Of a stretch of 39,983 nt of DNA, positions 1 to 9,213 are shown in pieces. Below the pieces are notes generated by a model. It had not been told where the DNA came from, ran no database searches, and saw nothing but the letters and a program-made list of their open reading frames with translations. Made by a program: the position numbers and the translations under genes. The stretch spans positions 1-39,983 of the forward strand of contig CBIHQZ010000001.1 of the NCBI GenBank assembly GCA_966212315.1, read 5' to 3'. How positions within the stretch are numbered: the first letter of the stretch is position 1; each line of letters begins with the position of its first letter. This DNA comes from an uncultured Myxococcales bacterium. Its GTDB lineage: Bacteria; Myxococcota_A; Polyangia; Polyangiales; Ga0077539.

Positions 1-331
1 CGGCGTGCTGGTGCCCGACTTCGTGATTCGTCATCGCGACGACGGCCGCGAGGCGATGCTCGAGATCATCGGCTTCTGGCGAAAAGGCTACCTCGAATCA
101 CGACTCGAACTGCTGCGCGCACATGCCCCGCGCAATCTGCTCCTCGCGGTCTCGACGCGCTTGAAGAGCAGCGACGAAGCGCTCGCGGAGATGCCGGGCG
201 AGGCGTTGTTCTTCCGCGACATCGTGCCGGTGAAAGACGTGCTCGAACGAATCGAGCGCATCGCGATCGCGCCCGCGAATGCATCCGCGAAGAAGAAGCG
301 CGCACCCCGCAAGAAGCCGGAGGCATCGTGA
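1..331 (+). CDS. DUF790-family (Bax1-like) nuclease, C-terminal fragment; the gene continues upstream of the window
   Basis: The frame stays open to the window edge. The tail LVPDFVIRHRDDGREAMLEIIGFWRKGYLESRLELLR...NLLLAV resembles the conserved C-terminal nuclease core of DUF790/Bax1 proteins (recalled from memory). A basic KKKRAPRKK tail follows. Its TGA overlaps the GTG of the next gene (GTGA at 328-331). Confidence 0.55.
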   Translation, partial: GVLVPDFVIRHRDDGREAMLEIIGFWRKGYLESRLELLRAHAPRNLLLAVSTRLKSSDEALAEMPGEALFFRDIVPVKDVLERIERIAIAPANASAKKKRAPRKKPEAS

Positions 332-1221
332 CGCGCGAGATCGTCGTGCGGTGCCTCGTGCGCGACACCGCGCGCGTCGCCGAAGCGCTCACTTCGCTCG
401 GATGGGGCACGCAGTGGATCGACGAGCCGCTCGCGCAGGACACCGACGACGAAGGGTTCGTACTGCGCGCGCCGCCGTCGGACGCACCGGCCGCCGTGCA
501 CGCGTGGCCCACCCACGACGATGCGCATCCGCGCGTTCCCGACCGCGTGCTCGGCCTCGCCGTCGAGCTGCGCGAGGAAGCGGCGAACGAATCGAAGATC
601 GACTGGAACGACGCGTGGCGGGCCAGTCATCCGACGCGTATCGAGATCATCGACGAATGGGTGCTCGTTCCGCCGTGGAGCAAAGGCCGCGCTGGCGAGC
701 GTGCGATCGTGATCGAACCCGGCGCGGCGTTCGGAACGGGGAATCATCCCACCACCCGCGACACGCTCCGTCTGCTGCACGCGGCGATGAAACCAAACGC
801 TCGTGTGCTCGATCTCGGTGCCGGCTCGGGCGTGCTCTCGATCGCTGCCGTGTTGTGGGGCGCGGGCGATGTGTGCGCGATCGACATCGACGAAAACGCG
901 CCGGCGCAGATCGCGGCGAACGCCGCGCGGAACGGCCTCGCGAGCGATCGCATCGCCGTGCAACGCGGCGATCTCGTCGACGTGCTGCGTGGCGGCGAGC
1001 GATGGGACATCGTCCTCTGCAACGTCGGCGTTGCCGAAGTGATGCGTGCACTCACCGTGGCCGAGGTCGCCGTGATGACGGGCGGAATGTTCATCGCATC
1101 GGGTGTGTTCGCACCGTCACGCGAGCGCGTCGAACAAGCCGCGCCGTCGTGTTTCCAGCTGTGTGATAGGCGCGAAGAAGATCGATGGGTGACGCTCGCA
1201 TGGCGGGCCGAGGTGCGGTAA
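328..1221 (+). CDS. prmA: ribosomal protein L11 methyltransferase
   Basis: 297 aa. The hallmark PrmA block is IVIEPGAAFGTGNHPTT, followed by SAM motif I VLDLGAGSGVLSIAA and then AIDIDENA. Length and domain order are typical of PrmA. Confidence 0.85.
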   Translation: MTREIVVRCLVRDTARVAEALTSLGWGTQWIDEPLAQDTDDEGFVLRAPPSDAPAAVHAWPTHDDAHPRVPDRVLGLAVELREEAANESKIDWNDAWRASHPTRIEIIDEWVLVPPWSKGRAGERAIVIEPGAAFGTGNHPTTRDTLRLLHAAMKPNARVLDLGAGSGVLSIAAVLWGAGDVCAIDIDENAPAQIAANAARNGLASDRIAVQRGDLVDVLRGGERWDIVLCNVGVAEVMRALTVAEVAVMTGGMFIASGVFAPSRERVEQAAPSCFQLCDRREEDRWVTLAWRAEVR

Positions 1222-1443
1222 GAGCCGCTTCCGGGTGAGTTGACCCGGGCACCAGCGACGCGGACACTCGCGTGCGATTCCATCATCAGGTCGGCGGCAA
1301 GAACGATGTACGCGTCAGGGATCCCGGAACGTATGGCGAGCAAGGAAACCAAGAGGCGGGACGCGAGTTCCGAAGCACTCGCGGAAGAAAGCCGTGATAC
1401 AAGAACGGACCCCGCGCCGACGGCCGGAGCGAGGACACGCGCC

Positions 1444-2508
1444 ATGGGTCAGGAACTCACCACCGCCAACAAGATTCTCGTCGCGGCTTCGTTCATCGCG
1501 GAGTCGCAAGAGACGTTTACGGCGGAAGACCTGATCGTGCGTGCGTGGCAGCAGTTCCCCGAGTCGTTCGGGTTGAGCGGCTATCGCGAGAAGTTCCCGG
1601 ACTCGAATCGCGTGCTCTCGAAGTTGATGGGCAGCGTCGGTCTCTGCAGTCGCGGATGGCTCGAGCAGGTCAGCACGAAGACGTATCGCATGACGCCCGC
1701 GGGTCGAAAGCTCGCGACTGCTTTGCGCAGCAGCGGTGATGCATCGACGATCGCGGAAGCGGTCGAGACCGCGAAGTCGGCATTGGTTCCTTCGCGCGTC
1801 GAGCGCGCTGAAAAAGCTGATCGCCAAGAGCGACTCGAACGCGCCGAACGTCTCGCGGCCGCCGCGGCAGCCGAAGCGAGCGCGCCCGCACGAACGCGCG
1901 AACCCGAGGAAGTTCGTCCGGCCGCCAAGACGGTGGAACGCCCGGCGGCAGCTTCTGCTTCGAACTCGAACTCGCACAGTGCGCCACGCGCGGTCGCGGC
2001 TGCCCCGGCCGTTGCACAGACGCCCGCTCGCGCAGCAGCGCCCGCGCCCGCCGCACCGGCATCGGCCGCGCGTCCGGCAGCAGTTGCAACGCCCGCTCGC
2101 CCCGCGCCGGTTGCAGCGCCCGCAGTGCGCGGTGCCGCGCCGGGTGCGTCGAACTTCGAGGGACTGCACGTGCTGCAGCGCCTCGCGACGTCGATCGCGA
2201 GCCAGAAGTTTTCACGCGGCGGATTGGTGACTTTCCAGGACGCGTGCCAGTTCTGGGCGATCACGACCGCGATCCATCCGAGCCATCTGCAGCCGCGCCT
2301 CACCGAGATCGAAGCGCTGCTCAAGCGCGCGGAGACGTTCGTGCAGCAGATCAACGCGCCGATTCGCGTGCACGATCGACTCGAGATCACGATGACCACC
2401 GTGATCGGTCTGCAAGGTCTTCATCGCATGCTCGCCCAGCGCTATCACCGAGAGCTGGAAGGCATTCGCGGCAAGGCCGCGGCGAGCAGCAACGCCGACG
2501 ACAACTGA
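1444..2508 (+). CDS. hypothetical protein: winged-helix-like N-domain, roughly 130-aa Ala/Pro-rich linker, conserved-looking C-domain
   Basis: The ORF is open from TTG 1240, with in-frame ATGs at 1333 and 1444. Codons between 1240 and 1443 have clearly lower third-position GC and rare codons (aga, aca, agt, gat). GGAGCGAGG lies upstream of ATG 1444, so 1444 is preferred. I recognised no catalytic motif. Confidence 0.6.
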   Translation: MGQELTTANKILVAASFIAESQETFTAEDLIVRAWQQFPESFGLSGYREKFPDSNRVLSKLMGSVGLCSRGWLEQVSTKTYRMTPAGRKLATALRSSGDASTIAEAVETAKSALVPSRVERAEKADRQERLERAERLAAAAAAEASAPARTREPEEVRPAAKTVERPAAASASNSNSHSAPRAVAAAPAVAQTPARAAAPAPAAPASAARPAAVATPARPAPVAAPAVRGAAPGASNFEGLHVLQRLATSIASQKFSRGGLVTFQDACQFWAITTAIHPSHLQPRLTEIEALLKRAETFVQQINAPIRVHDRLEITMTTVIGLQGLHRMLAQRYHRELEGIRGKAAASSNADDN

Positions 2509-2607
2509 GCGTCTGCAGCAGCGCCAACGCACTCCGCCCTTCGAGAACGGATTGATGCGTTGCCTATGCACTGACTCGCTCGGGCTGATGCGCTCGACGG
2601 CGCTGCG

Positions 2608-4002
2608 CTAGCGCGCGTTGGCAGCGAACCCGTCGACGTCGTTCGCGACCGCCGGGATCTGGTCGATCGCGCGCGCCGGCACGGCCGCAAGTCGCGCGAT
2701 GAGTTCGTTCGGTTCGAAGCGCGGTTGCGGCGCGACCTTTTTCTGAAGAACAAGAACGCGATCGATCTTCGTGGCGCGACCTTTCGTCTCGCCCCAGATG
2801 CGGCTGACCTTGATGGTCGTGTCGATCTGATCGTCGATCACGCACGAGAGCGTGAGCGGAACGTCGTGTTTGATCGCTTCCCATGCTTCGAGCGCGAGGC
2901 GGCGGTCGTGCTGACTCGTCTCCACGTCACCGATCGTCACCACGCACAGGCCGTCGTCGCGCAGCACCTTCGCGCACTCGGTGAGCGAGAGGCGGAGGAA
3001 CTCGCAGTAGCGTCGGAAGTTCAAACGGTCCGACAGACCGAGCTGCAGATCGGTCTTCTCGACCTGGAGCGAGTGATCGGTGTGTCCACGCAGCGAGCGA
3101 TCGACGCGCTCGACCGACTCTTTCAAGAGCCAGAGGCGGATCCAGTTGAACTTCCCGTAGCGCACCACGTTGAGATACGGCGGCGAAGTGATCACCAGCT
3201 TCGCGGTGCCGGGCGCGACGTGCTGCGAGAGCGAGAGCGCATCGGCCTGGATGCCGCGACCACGCGCGGCGGGCGTGCCATCGGCGTAGAGATGGTGCAT
3301 GCGATTGCGAAGTCGATCGAACGCATCGAACGGATACTTCTTGAGCTTGTTCTGACGGATGTAGCGACGGAGATAGCCGGGCGACATGCTGAACGTGTTC
3401 GGCATGCTGATGGAGAGACAGCGCGACGCGCGCGGATCCTTGGTGCTGTGGTTGCCGTGCAGGATTCCGGTGAGCGCCGCGAGCAGGAAGCGATCGGTGC
3501 GATCGTTCGCGTCGAGCTTCTCGCGCATGTGGAGCAACTGCGGGAGCGTGCGGCGTCCGTCGAAGAGGATTTCGATTTCGGGGGGGGCCTCGTCGGTGAC
3601 CGCGCCGCGTGAATACGTGCGTTCGAGTTCGTCGATGCGCGCGAGCGTCTCTTCGAGCGTGGGCGGATCGACTTTCGCCGCGGTGAGCAGCGAGGCGAGC
3701 GGATTGAGATCGAGGCCGATGCCGACGCGACCTGCGATGCACGCTTCGAGCGCGGTAGTGCCGCGTCCCGAGAACGGATCGACGACGATGTCGCCGGGCT
3801 CGCTGAACTGCTCGATGAAGTATCGCGGCAACGACGCCGGGAACATTCCCATGTACGAACACATCGCGTGCGAGACGCTTCCCCAGCGCTTCGCGAGAAG
3901 CTTCCACCAGGGCGCGTTCCACGCGGTGCTCGCCGGAAAGACAGACGTGTGCGTCGGCGCGGACGCCCGAGGGCGTCGCGCAATCGAGAGATCGATTGCC
4001 AT
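2608..4002 (-). CDS. DNA methyltransferase (N4-cytosine/N6-adenine type) with permuted motif order
   Basis: 464 aa. The SAM-binding block FPASLPRYFIEQFSEPGDIVVDPFSGRGTT (motif I, aa 75-83) lies N-terminal to catalytic motif IV ITSPPY (aa 271-276). RRYCEFLRLSLTECAKVLRDDGLCVVTIGD (post-motif-IV block of N4/N6 MTases) follows. About 190 aa separate motifs I and IV. Confidence 0.8.
   Translation of the reverse strand: MAIDLSIARRPRASAPTHTSVFPASTAWNAPWWKLLAKRWGSVSHAMCSYMGMFPASLPRYFIEQFSEPGDIVVDPFSGRGTTALEACIAGRVGIGLDLNPLASLLTAAKVDPPTLEETLARIDELERTYSRGAVTDEAPPEIEILFDGRRTLPQLLHMREKLDANDRTDRFLLAALTGILHGNHSTKDPRASRCLSISMPNTFSMSPGYLRRYIRQNKLKKYPFDAFDRLRNRMHHLYADGTPAARGRGIQADALSLSQHVAPGTAKLVITSPPYLNVVRYGKFNWIRLWLLKESVERVDRSLRGHTDHSLQVEKTDLQLGLSDRLNFRRYCEFLRLSLTECAKVLRDDGLCVVTIGDVETSQHDRRLALEAWEAIKHDVPLTLSCVIDDQIDTTIKVSRIWGETKGRATKIDRVLVLQKKVAPQPRFEPNELIARLAAVPARAIDQIPAVANDVDGFAANAR
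3580..3587. repeat. G8/C8 homopolymer inside the permuted DNA methyltransferase CDS
   Basis: It reads ...gatttcGGGGGGGGcctcg... On the coding strand this is GCC CCC CCC, encoding A139-P140-P141 between motif I and motif IV. Confidence 0.95.
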
Positions 4003-4130
4003 CGCACGCCAAATGCCGGAGCGCGCGAGTGACTTACAAAATAGCCGCGCGCTTTGCGTTCACGCGACGTCAACACGCGCTTTCGCTGTCAACAAACCTA
4101 CTCGCGCGATGAACACACGCGCGGCATCAC

Positions 4131-7100
4131 TCACTCGACGACGATCGTCGGCTCCACCGTGCCGAGGAACTCGTGCACGCGGCGTTCGACCGCTTCGGGG
4201 CGTGTCGTCTTCCGCTGCAGCCAGAGTTTCATCGCCGGGCGATCGACGTGCTGCTCTACGAGCGCTCGTGCGGCCGGTGAATCAGCGGGCGCCCACTGCA
4301 CCGGGCCACTCGCGGCAGTGCAGAAGTTCGTGTGGAGAAACCACGCGAGAGCCAGCACACGCTCGATGAGGTCGACCTCGGCTCCGTCGAGCGACGAAGT
4401 CTTCATCGGCATCGATCCGGCGAGTTCGCGAACGCGCTGCACGACCTCGGATGCACTCGACGCGAGGCGCGCCATCACGGCGCGACCGTTGGCGGTCTGG
4501 ATCCCGATGCCGCGTTCGGCGAGCAGCGGTGCGGCGAGTCCCATCTCCGCGCCGGTCGTGACGAGCGGTGCGCGCGCGTAACGAACGTCGGACTTTGCAC
4601 CTTGCGGGAAATGCCGCGGAAGTACCCGCAGCGCACGCGTCCAGCGCTGCACGAACTCACGCAACAGCATCGGTCCCACCAACGCCACCGTCGTCGGTCC
4701 CTTGCTGTCGATGGTTGCGTGCGCGGACCAATCCGCCGGCGATCCGCCGGTGACATCGAGAAAGCGCGCGACGAGATCGACCGCGAGTCGTTGTGTGTCG
4801 CCGTCGGACGCGCCCGTGCGCAGCGGAACGACGAGACGGAGCGACTCGGCCTGGAGACGATTGTCGATCGACACGTCGACACTCGCGACGAACGTGACCC
4901 GGTTCTCGCGCGCGGCATGGCGCGGGAGTGCGTCGCGGTTCCAGCGACGGGCGAGGTCGTGGATCGAAGCGATGACGGCCGCAGGCACCGAGAGCGCGTT
5001 GCTCCCGGCGGGAATTCGCCACGACAGTTCGAGATGAGGCGCCGGCACCGCGCGCGCGGGTGCGGGACCCACGGACACTTCGACGAACGCGTACAGGTCC
5101 GACGCGCCTCCGCGAAACGCAAAGCCGAGGGGCGCTTGATTGCGAGCATCGTCGAGCGCGTAGACCGTGCCCGACGGCTTCAGTCCGACGGCGTTGCCGT
5201 GAATCGCGTCGACCGTGCTCGCGGAATCGACGAAGTCACCGGGGAGGTCCGCGAAGCGCGCCATCAATCGCTCACCGGCAAGCAGTGCAACACGCGGATG
5301 CGCCGCCATCACCTGCTCGAGAAGAATCCCGCGTGCGACGTCGGCGAGACGCGCCGCGTGCGGGCGCGGGCGCGCGCCTTCCCATTCGGACACGAGCACC
5401 GCTACTTCGTGCCGCATGCATTCGATCGCTTCGCTCACGAGTCCGGCCGAGAGCGCGACGCGCGCCGATGGCGTCGACGCGACACCGATCTGAAACGTGC
5501 GCCGAAGATTCGCACCGAGCCACGGGTCGAGTGCCACTCGCTCGAGCGTCGCGCGAATCGGCGCGAACGCACCGGTGAACACTTCGAGTGCCGCGAGTCG
5601 CAGTGCATGCGCACGGAACCGTGCATCGGGCGGAAGCAACGCCGCACGCGCAGCTTGCTCGGCGAGCGGCGGCGCGGCGGCGAATCGTTCGGCGAACGAC
5701 ACCAGCAGTGCCTCTTCGACAGGACGCAACGACGCAGACTGCGGTGCGACCGTCGGCGCATCGGTGCGCACCATCCACACCGCGTTCGATCGCAGCGGCA
5801 CCTCGCCGGCCTCGAGATCACTGCGATGACCGAAGACATCGAGCGCGCACGCGGCGCCACGAATGCTCGAAGCGCCCACTACGACGAGCACGGCGCGAGG
5901 ATCGTTGCGATCGGCGATGTCGCGCGTGATCGAAGCAAGAACGTCGATCTCGTGCGGATCGAGGTCGCCCGCACTCGCTGCGTTCACGATGACCCGGCCG
6001 CCGGGCGGAAGGTCCCAGTGCATCGCGCGCAGCGTTGCCGGCTCGAGCCAACGCGAGATATCCGCGCGTCGCGCTTGAAGACCCGCACCGGGGCCGCGTT
6101 CGAGCGGTTCCATCACCAGCGAGTGATCGGACGCGCGCGGCGAGAGCACGTGCCACTCGGCCGATTGCGCCATCGAAGTGGTGAGCCTGTCGACGAAATC
6201 GCGTCCCGTTGCGCTGCGCGGACCGAGCACGACTACGATGTGCACCGCACCGCCACCGGCGCCGATCGCGTCGCGAATACGATTCGACAACTCCGCCGTG
6301 TCACCGCGCCGCCACTCGCCGCGCGGGTCGATCGCGTCGACCGTTGCATCGAGTGTGGGGAACGCGTCACGAGTGCGCGGCGCCGTTGCGATTGCGTCGG
6401 TGACCTCGCGTGCCTTCGCGAACGAGGTTTCGTCCAACACCGAAGCACGCGGGGCGCGGCGCACTTCGGGGAGCGCACCCGCAGGGGCCTCCGAACGGGT
6501 CGAGAGATACGGCAACGCGACGAACGCGATGCGGTTGTATCGGCCGAGTGTCATCCCCGCGGAATCGTCGCCGTCACGCTCGACCAGCAACAACGGCGCG
6601 CATGTGAACGCATCCGATCCGCCCGTGCCCGGAACCATCAACGGATGTTCGTCGTCGGGCGCGAGGCCGTCGTACACGGCGCGCGCGAGGGCAATCGCGA
6701 GTTGATCCATCGACTCCGCGGTGAGCGTCGTCTCCTTCACGAGATCGCGTCCCTGCGCGCCCGACGTGCTCGCCGACGACACCGCGTGCGACAAGATCTC
6801 GCGCAATGCGTCGCCCACCTGCCTCACGTTCATCACTTCGTCGTGCGTGAGCCGCTGCGACTTGGTGAGCCTCGTGCGCGCGGCACGCAGCGCGGATCGC
6901 GGGTTCGCGCACACGTCGAGAATCGAGAGCACGAGCGTGACCGCGCCGAGGTCGTTGACCACACCGGCACCGCGCGAGCCGGGCTTTTCGAGCATGAGCC
7001 CACGCGTCGAGAGCGCAACGACGCGACGGAGCACGCCCGCATCGGGCGCTTCGAGCGGGTCGATCTCGGGGACGTTCGAGCCGAGCATCGCGTCCGCGCT

Positions 7101-7625
7101 GAACAGCCTTGACGTGCCGCGCGACGAGTCGAACGGACTGAGTGCGCCTTCGATCTTCGCCGGCACGAGCGCTGCGAGACCGCGCAGCAGGTCGGCAGTG
7201 GGACGCGACGCTTCGTACGAATCGATCCGCTGCCGCACCGCGCTGGCGACCTGACGAAGCAAGCGCGCGAGCGCATCGTGACGGAGATCGACGACGTCCG
7301 CTCGATCGGCGAAGAGCGAACGGCGATTCCCCGCGAACAAGCGCGCGCGTTCCGGCGCGAGAACGAACGCATCCCACAGTCGGATCGGCGCGAGGCGAGC
7401 CTGCTCGGCTTCGAGGGGCGGTGTCCCGGCGCCGGCGAGAAGCACCGCGAGTTGCGTCGGCGCGCGCGTCGAGGTGTTGGTTTCGCCGGGGGCCGTGTGG
7501 GAAGGAGGCTCGTTGGCAGCCATTGCGTCGAGCACGTTCGACCATGTCGCCGGTCGGGGGCAAGCGCGCATTGGACCCATCGGCTTTGCAGAGCCCGCGG
7601 GGATGCGCGATCGTCGTCGCGCCAT
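4131..7625 (-). CDS. very large hypothetical protein (up to 1,164 aa) with no recognisable domain
   Basis: A single uninterrupted ORF with protein-like composition, unlike its Arg-rich antisense shadow ORFs. I could find no Walker A, DEAD/DEAH, HNH, PLD or clear PD-(D/E)xK motif. The start is uncertain: ATG 7625 overlaps the pgi ATG (CATG), and alternative in-frame ATGs lie at 7580 and 7523. Confidence 0.7.
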   Translation of the reverse strand: MARRRSRIPAGSAKPMGPMRACPRPATWSNVLDAMAANEPPSHTAPGETNTSTRAPTQLAVLLAGAGTPPLEAEQARLAPIRLWDAFVLAPERARLFAGNRRSLFADRADVVDLRHDALARLLRQVASAVRQRIDSYEASRPTADLLRGLAALVPAKIEGALSPFDSSRGTSRLFSADAMLGSNVPEIDPLEAPDAGVLRRVVALSTRGLMLEKPGSRGAGVVNDLGAVTLVLSILDVCANPRSALRAARTRLTKSQRLTHDEVMNVRQVGDALREILSHAVSSASTSGAQGRDLVKETTLTAESMDQLAIALARAVYDGLAPDDEHPLMVPGTGGSDAFTCAPLLLVERDGDDSAGMTLGRYNRIAFVALPYLSTRSEAPAGALPEVRRAPRASVLDETSFAKAREVTDAIATAPRTRDAFPTLDATVDAIDPRGEWRRGDTAELSNRIRDAIGAGGGAVHIVVVLGPRSATGRDFVDRLTTSMAQSAEWHVLSPRASDHSLVMEPLERGPGAGLQARRADISRWLEPATLRAMHWDLPPGGRVIVNAASAGDLDPHEIDVLASITRDIADRNDPRAVLVVVGASSIRGAACALDVFGHRSDLEAGEVPLRSNAVWMVRTDAPTVAPQSASLRPVEEALLVSFAERFAAAPPLAEQAARAALLPPDARFRAHALRLAALEVFTGAFAPIRATLERVALDPWLGANLRRTFQIGVASTPSARVALSAGLVSEAIECMRHEVAVLVSEWEGARPRPHAARLADVARGILLEQVMAAHPRVALLAGERLMARFADLPGDFVDSASTVDAIHGNAVGLKPSGTVYALDDARNQAPLGFAFRGGASDLYAFVEVSVGPAPARAVPAPHLELSWRIPAGSNALSVPAAVIASIHDLARRWNRDALPRHAARENRVTFVASVDVSIDNRLQAESLRLVVPLRTGASDGDTQRLAVDLVARFLDVTGGSPADWSAHATIDSKGPTTVALVGPMLLREFVQRWTRALRVLPRHFPQGAKSDVRYARAPLVTTGAEMGLAAPLLAERGIGIQTANGRAVMARLASSASEVVQRVRELAGSMPMKTSSLDGAEVDLIERVLALAWFLHTNFCTAASGPVQWAPADSPAARALVEQHVDRPAMKLWLQRKTTRPEAVERRVHEFLGTVEPTIVVE

Positions 7626-9201
7626 GACCGACCTCTGGAAGCGCTATCGCGAATCGCTCTACCGCAACCCCTCGCTCGGTTTCGTGCTCGATCTTTCGCG
7701 CATGGATCTGCCGGCCGATCTGTACGACCGCCAGTCTGCTGCGATCACGCGCGCGTTCGATGCGATGCGCGAACTGGAAGCGGGCTCCATCGCCAATCCC
7801 GACGAGAACCGGATGGTGGGGCACTACTGGCTTCGCGACAGCGCGCGCGCCCCTTCGGCAGATCTACGCCGCGCCATCGACGATGCGCTCGCTTCGATCG
7901 CGACGTTTCGCGACGCGGTTCACAACGGTTCGGTGAAGCCCGAAAAAGCCGCGCGCTTCGATCGCGTGCTGGTCGTCGGCATCGGCGGATCCGCGCTCGG
8001 ACCGCAGTTCGTTTCGGCCGCGCTCACCAAGGGGCCGCAGGGCGACAAGGCGCGCGTGTACTTCTTCGACAACACCGATCCGGACGGGATGGATCGAACG
8101 CTCGCCGCGATCGGCGATGCGATCGGATCGACGCTGACGGTCGTGATCTCGAAGTCGGGCGGCACGAAGGAAACCCGCAACGGCATGCTCGAAGCGAAGC
8201 GCGCATACGAACGCGCGGGGCTCGCGTTCGCGCGCCATGCAGTGGCAGTCACCGGCGACGGGAGCGAACTCGACAAGGTCGCGCTGAAAGAAGGCTGGCT
8301 TGCGCGCTTTCCGATGTGGGACTGGGTCGGCGGACGCACCTCCGAACTCAGCGCCGTAGGACTTCTTCCCGCGGCACTGCAAGGCATCGACACCGACGCG
8401 ATGTTGCGCGGCGCACGCGAGATGGACGCGGCGACTCGCGTGCCCGAGGCGAAAAACAACCCGGCCATGCAGCTCGCGCTCGCGTGGTACGTCGCAACGA
8501 ACGGCAAGGGCGAGAAGGACATGGTGGTCCTTCCGTACAAAGACCGACTCGAGCTGTTCTCGCGTTACCTGCAACAGCTGGTGATGGAATCGCTCGGCAA
8601 GGAAAAGGATCTCGCCGGACGCACGGTGCACCAGGGAATCGCGGTCTACGGCAACAAGGGGAGCACCGATCAGCACGCGTACGTGCAGCAGCTGCGCGAC
8701 GGCGTGAACAACTTCTTCGTCACGTTCATCGAGGTACTCGCCGATCGCGAGGGCGCGCCGTTGGAAGTCGAACCCGGCGTGACGAGCGGTGACTACCTGC
8801 TCGGATTCCTCGAAGGAACGCGGCGGGCACTCTACGAGAGCGGTCGCAAGTCGATCACGCTCACGCTCGATCGTGTCGATGCCGCGGCGATCGGAAAGCT
8901 CATCGCGCTGTACGAACGCGCGGTCGGGTTCTACGCGTCGCTGGTGGGAATCAACGCGTATCACCAGCCAGGCGTCGAGGCAGGCAAGAAGGCGGCGGCG
9001 AACGTGTTGTCGCTGCAGGCGAAGCTGACGTCCGCGCTCGCGAAGGGTGGAACGTTCAGCGCCGACGAAGCGGCGAAAGCGGCGGGCAGTGATGATCCCG
9101 AGACCGCGTGGAAGATTCTTCGTCACCTCGCGGCGAACGGACGCATTGCACAAGAAGGCGATGCGACCGACCCGAACGCCTCGAAGTTCCGCGCGCGCTG
9201 A
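7624..9201 (+). CDS. pgi: glucose-6-phosphate isomerase
   Basis: ATG at 7624 (MTDLWKRY...). PGI signatures are [39 protein letters not shown] and [15 protein letters not shown]. Confidence 0.9.
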   Translation: MTDLWKRYRESLYRNPSLGFVLDLSRMDLPADLYDRQSAAITRAFDAMRELEAGSIANPDENRMVGHYWLRDSARAPSADLRRAIDDALASIATFRDAVHNGSVKPEKAARFDRVLVVGIGGSALGPQFVSAALTKGPQGDKARVYFFDNTDPDGMDRTLAAIGDAIGSTLTVVISKSGGTKETRNGMLEAKRAYERAGLAFARHAVAVTGDGSELDKVALKEGWLARFPMWDWVGGRTSELSAVGLLPAALQGIDTDAMLRGAREMDAATRVPEAKNNPAMQLALAWYVATNGKGEKDMVVLPYKDRLELFSRYLQQLVMESLGKEKDLAGRTVHQGIAVYGNKGSTDQHAYVQQLRDGVNNFFVTFIEVLADREGAPLEVEPGVTSGDYLLGFLEGTRRALYESGRKSITLTLDRVDAAAIGKLIALYERAVGFYASLVGINAYHQPGVEAGKKAAANVLSLQAKLTSALAKGGTFSADEAAKAAGSDDPETAWKILRHLAANGRIAQEGDATDPNASKFRAR

Positions 9202-9213
9202 TGCGCCTCGCAC

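Noticed and set aside
328-1221. The PrmA-like methyltransferase as a possible DNA-modification component of a system with the adjacent DUF790 nuclease.
   Set aside because: The sequence has the specific PrmA hallmark (AFGTGNHPTT) and PrmA length and architecture. There is no DPPY/NPPY-type nucleic-acid base-flipping motif. It is most simply the housekeeping L11 methyltransferase.
1240-1443. A TTG/ATG-initiated 5' extension of the 1444-2508 gene (MTRAPATRTL... / MASKETKRRD...).
   Set aside because: Third-position GC drops and rare codons (aga, aca, agt, gat) accumulate in this stretch. A GGAGCGAGG element precedes ATG 1444. It is treated as leader, though ATG 1333 cannot be excluded.
4035-4095. 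Promoter-like hexamers upstream of the methyltransferase on the minus strand: TTGACA (4087-4092), TTGACG (4068-4073) and TATTTT (4038-4043), in the only AT-richer patch of the 128-bp gap.
   Set aside because: Spacings to the -10-like TATTTT are 24 nt and 43 nt, neither near the canonical 16-18 nt. An internal promoter may exist, but I cannot support a specific -35/-10 pair.
4332-7112. A 926-aa ORF on the plus strand, antisense to the giant gene. Similar long antisense or out-of-frame ORFs occur elsewhere, for example 27794-30676 (960 aa), 36340-38265 (641 aa), 11346-13139 (597 aa), 7864-9213 (449 aa) and 6574-7824 (416 aa).
   Set aside because: These are typical shadow ORFs of a very GC-rich genome. 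Their translations are dominated by Arg/Ala/Gly/Pro with no motifs. The opposite-strand or alternative frame in each case encodes a recognisable family (MoxR/vWA/BatD, serpin, PGI, ThrB) or a protein-like composition.
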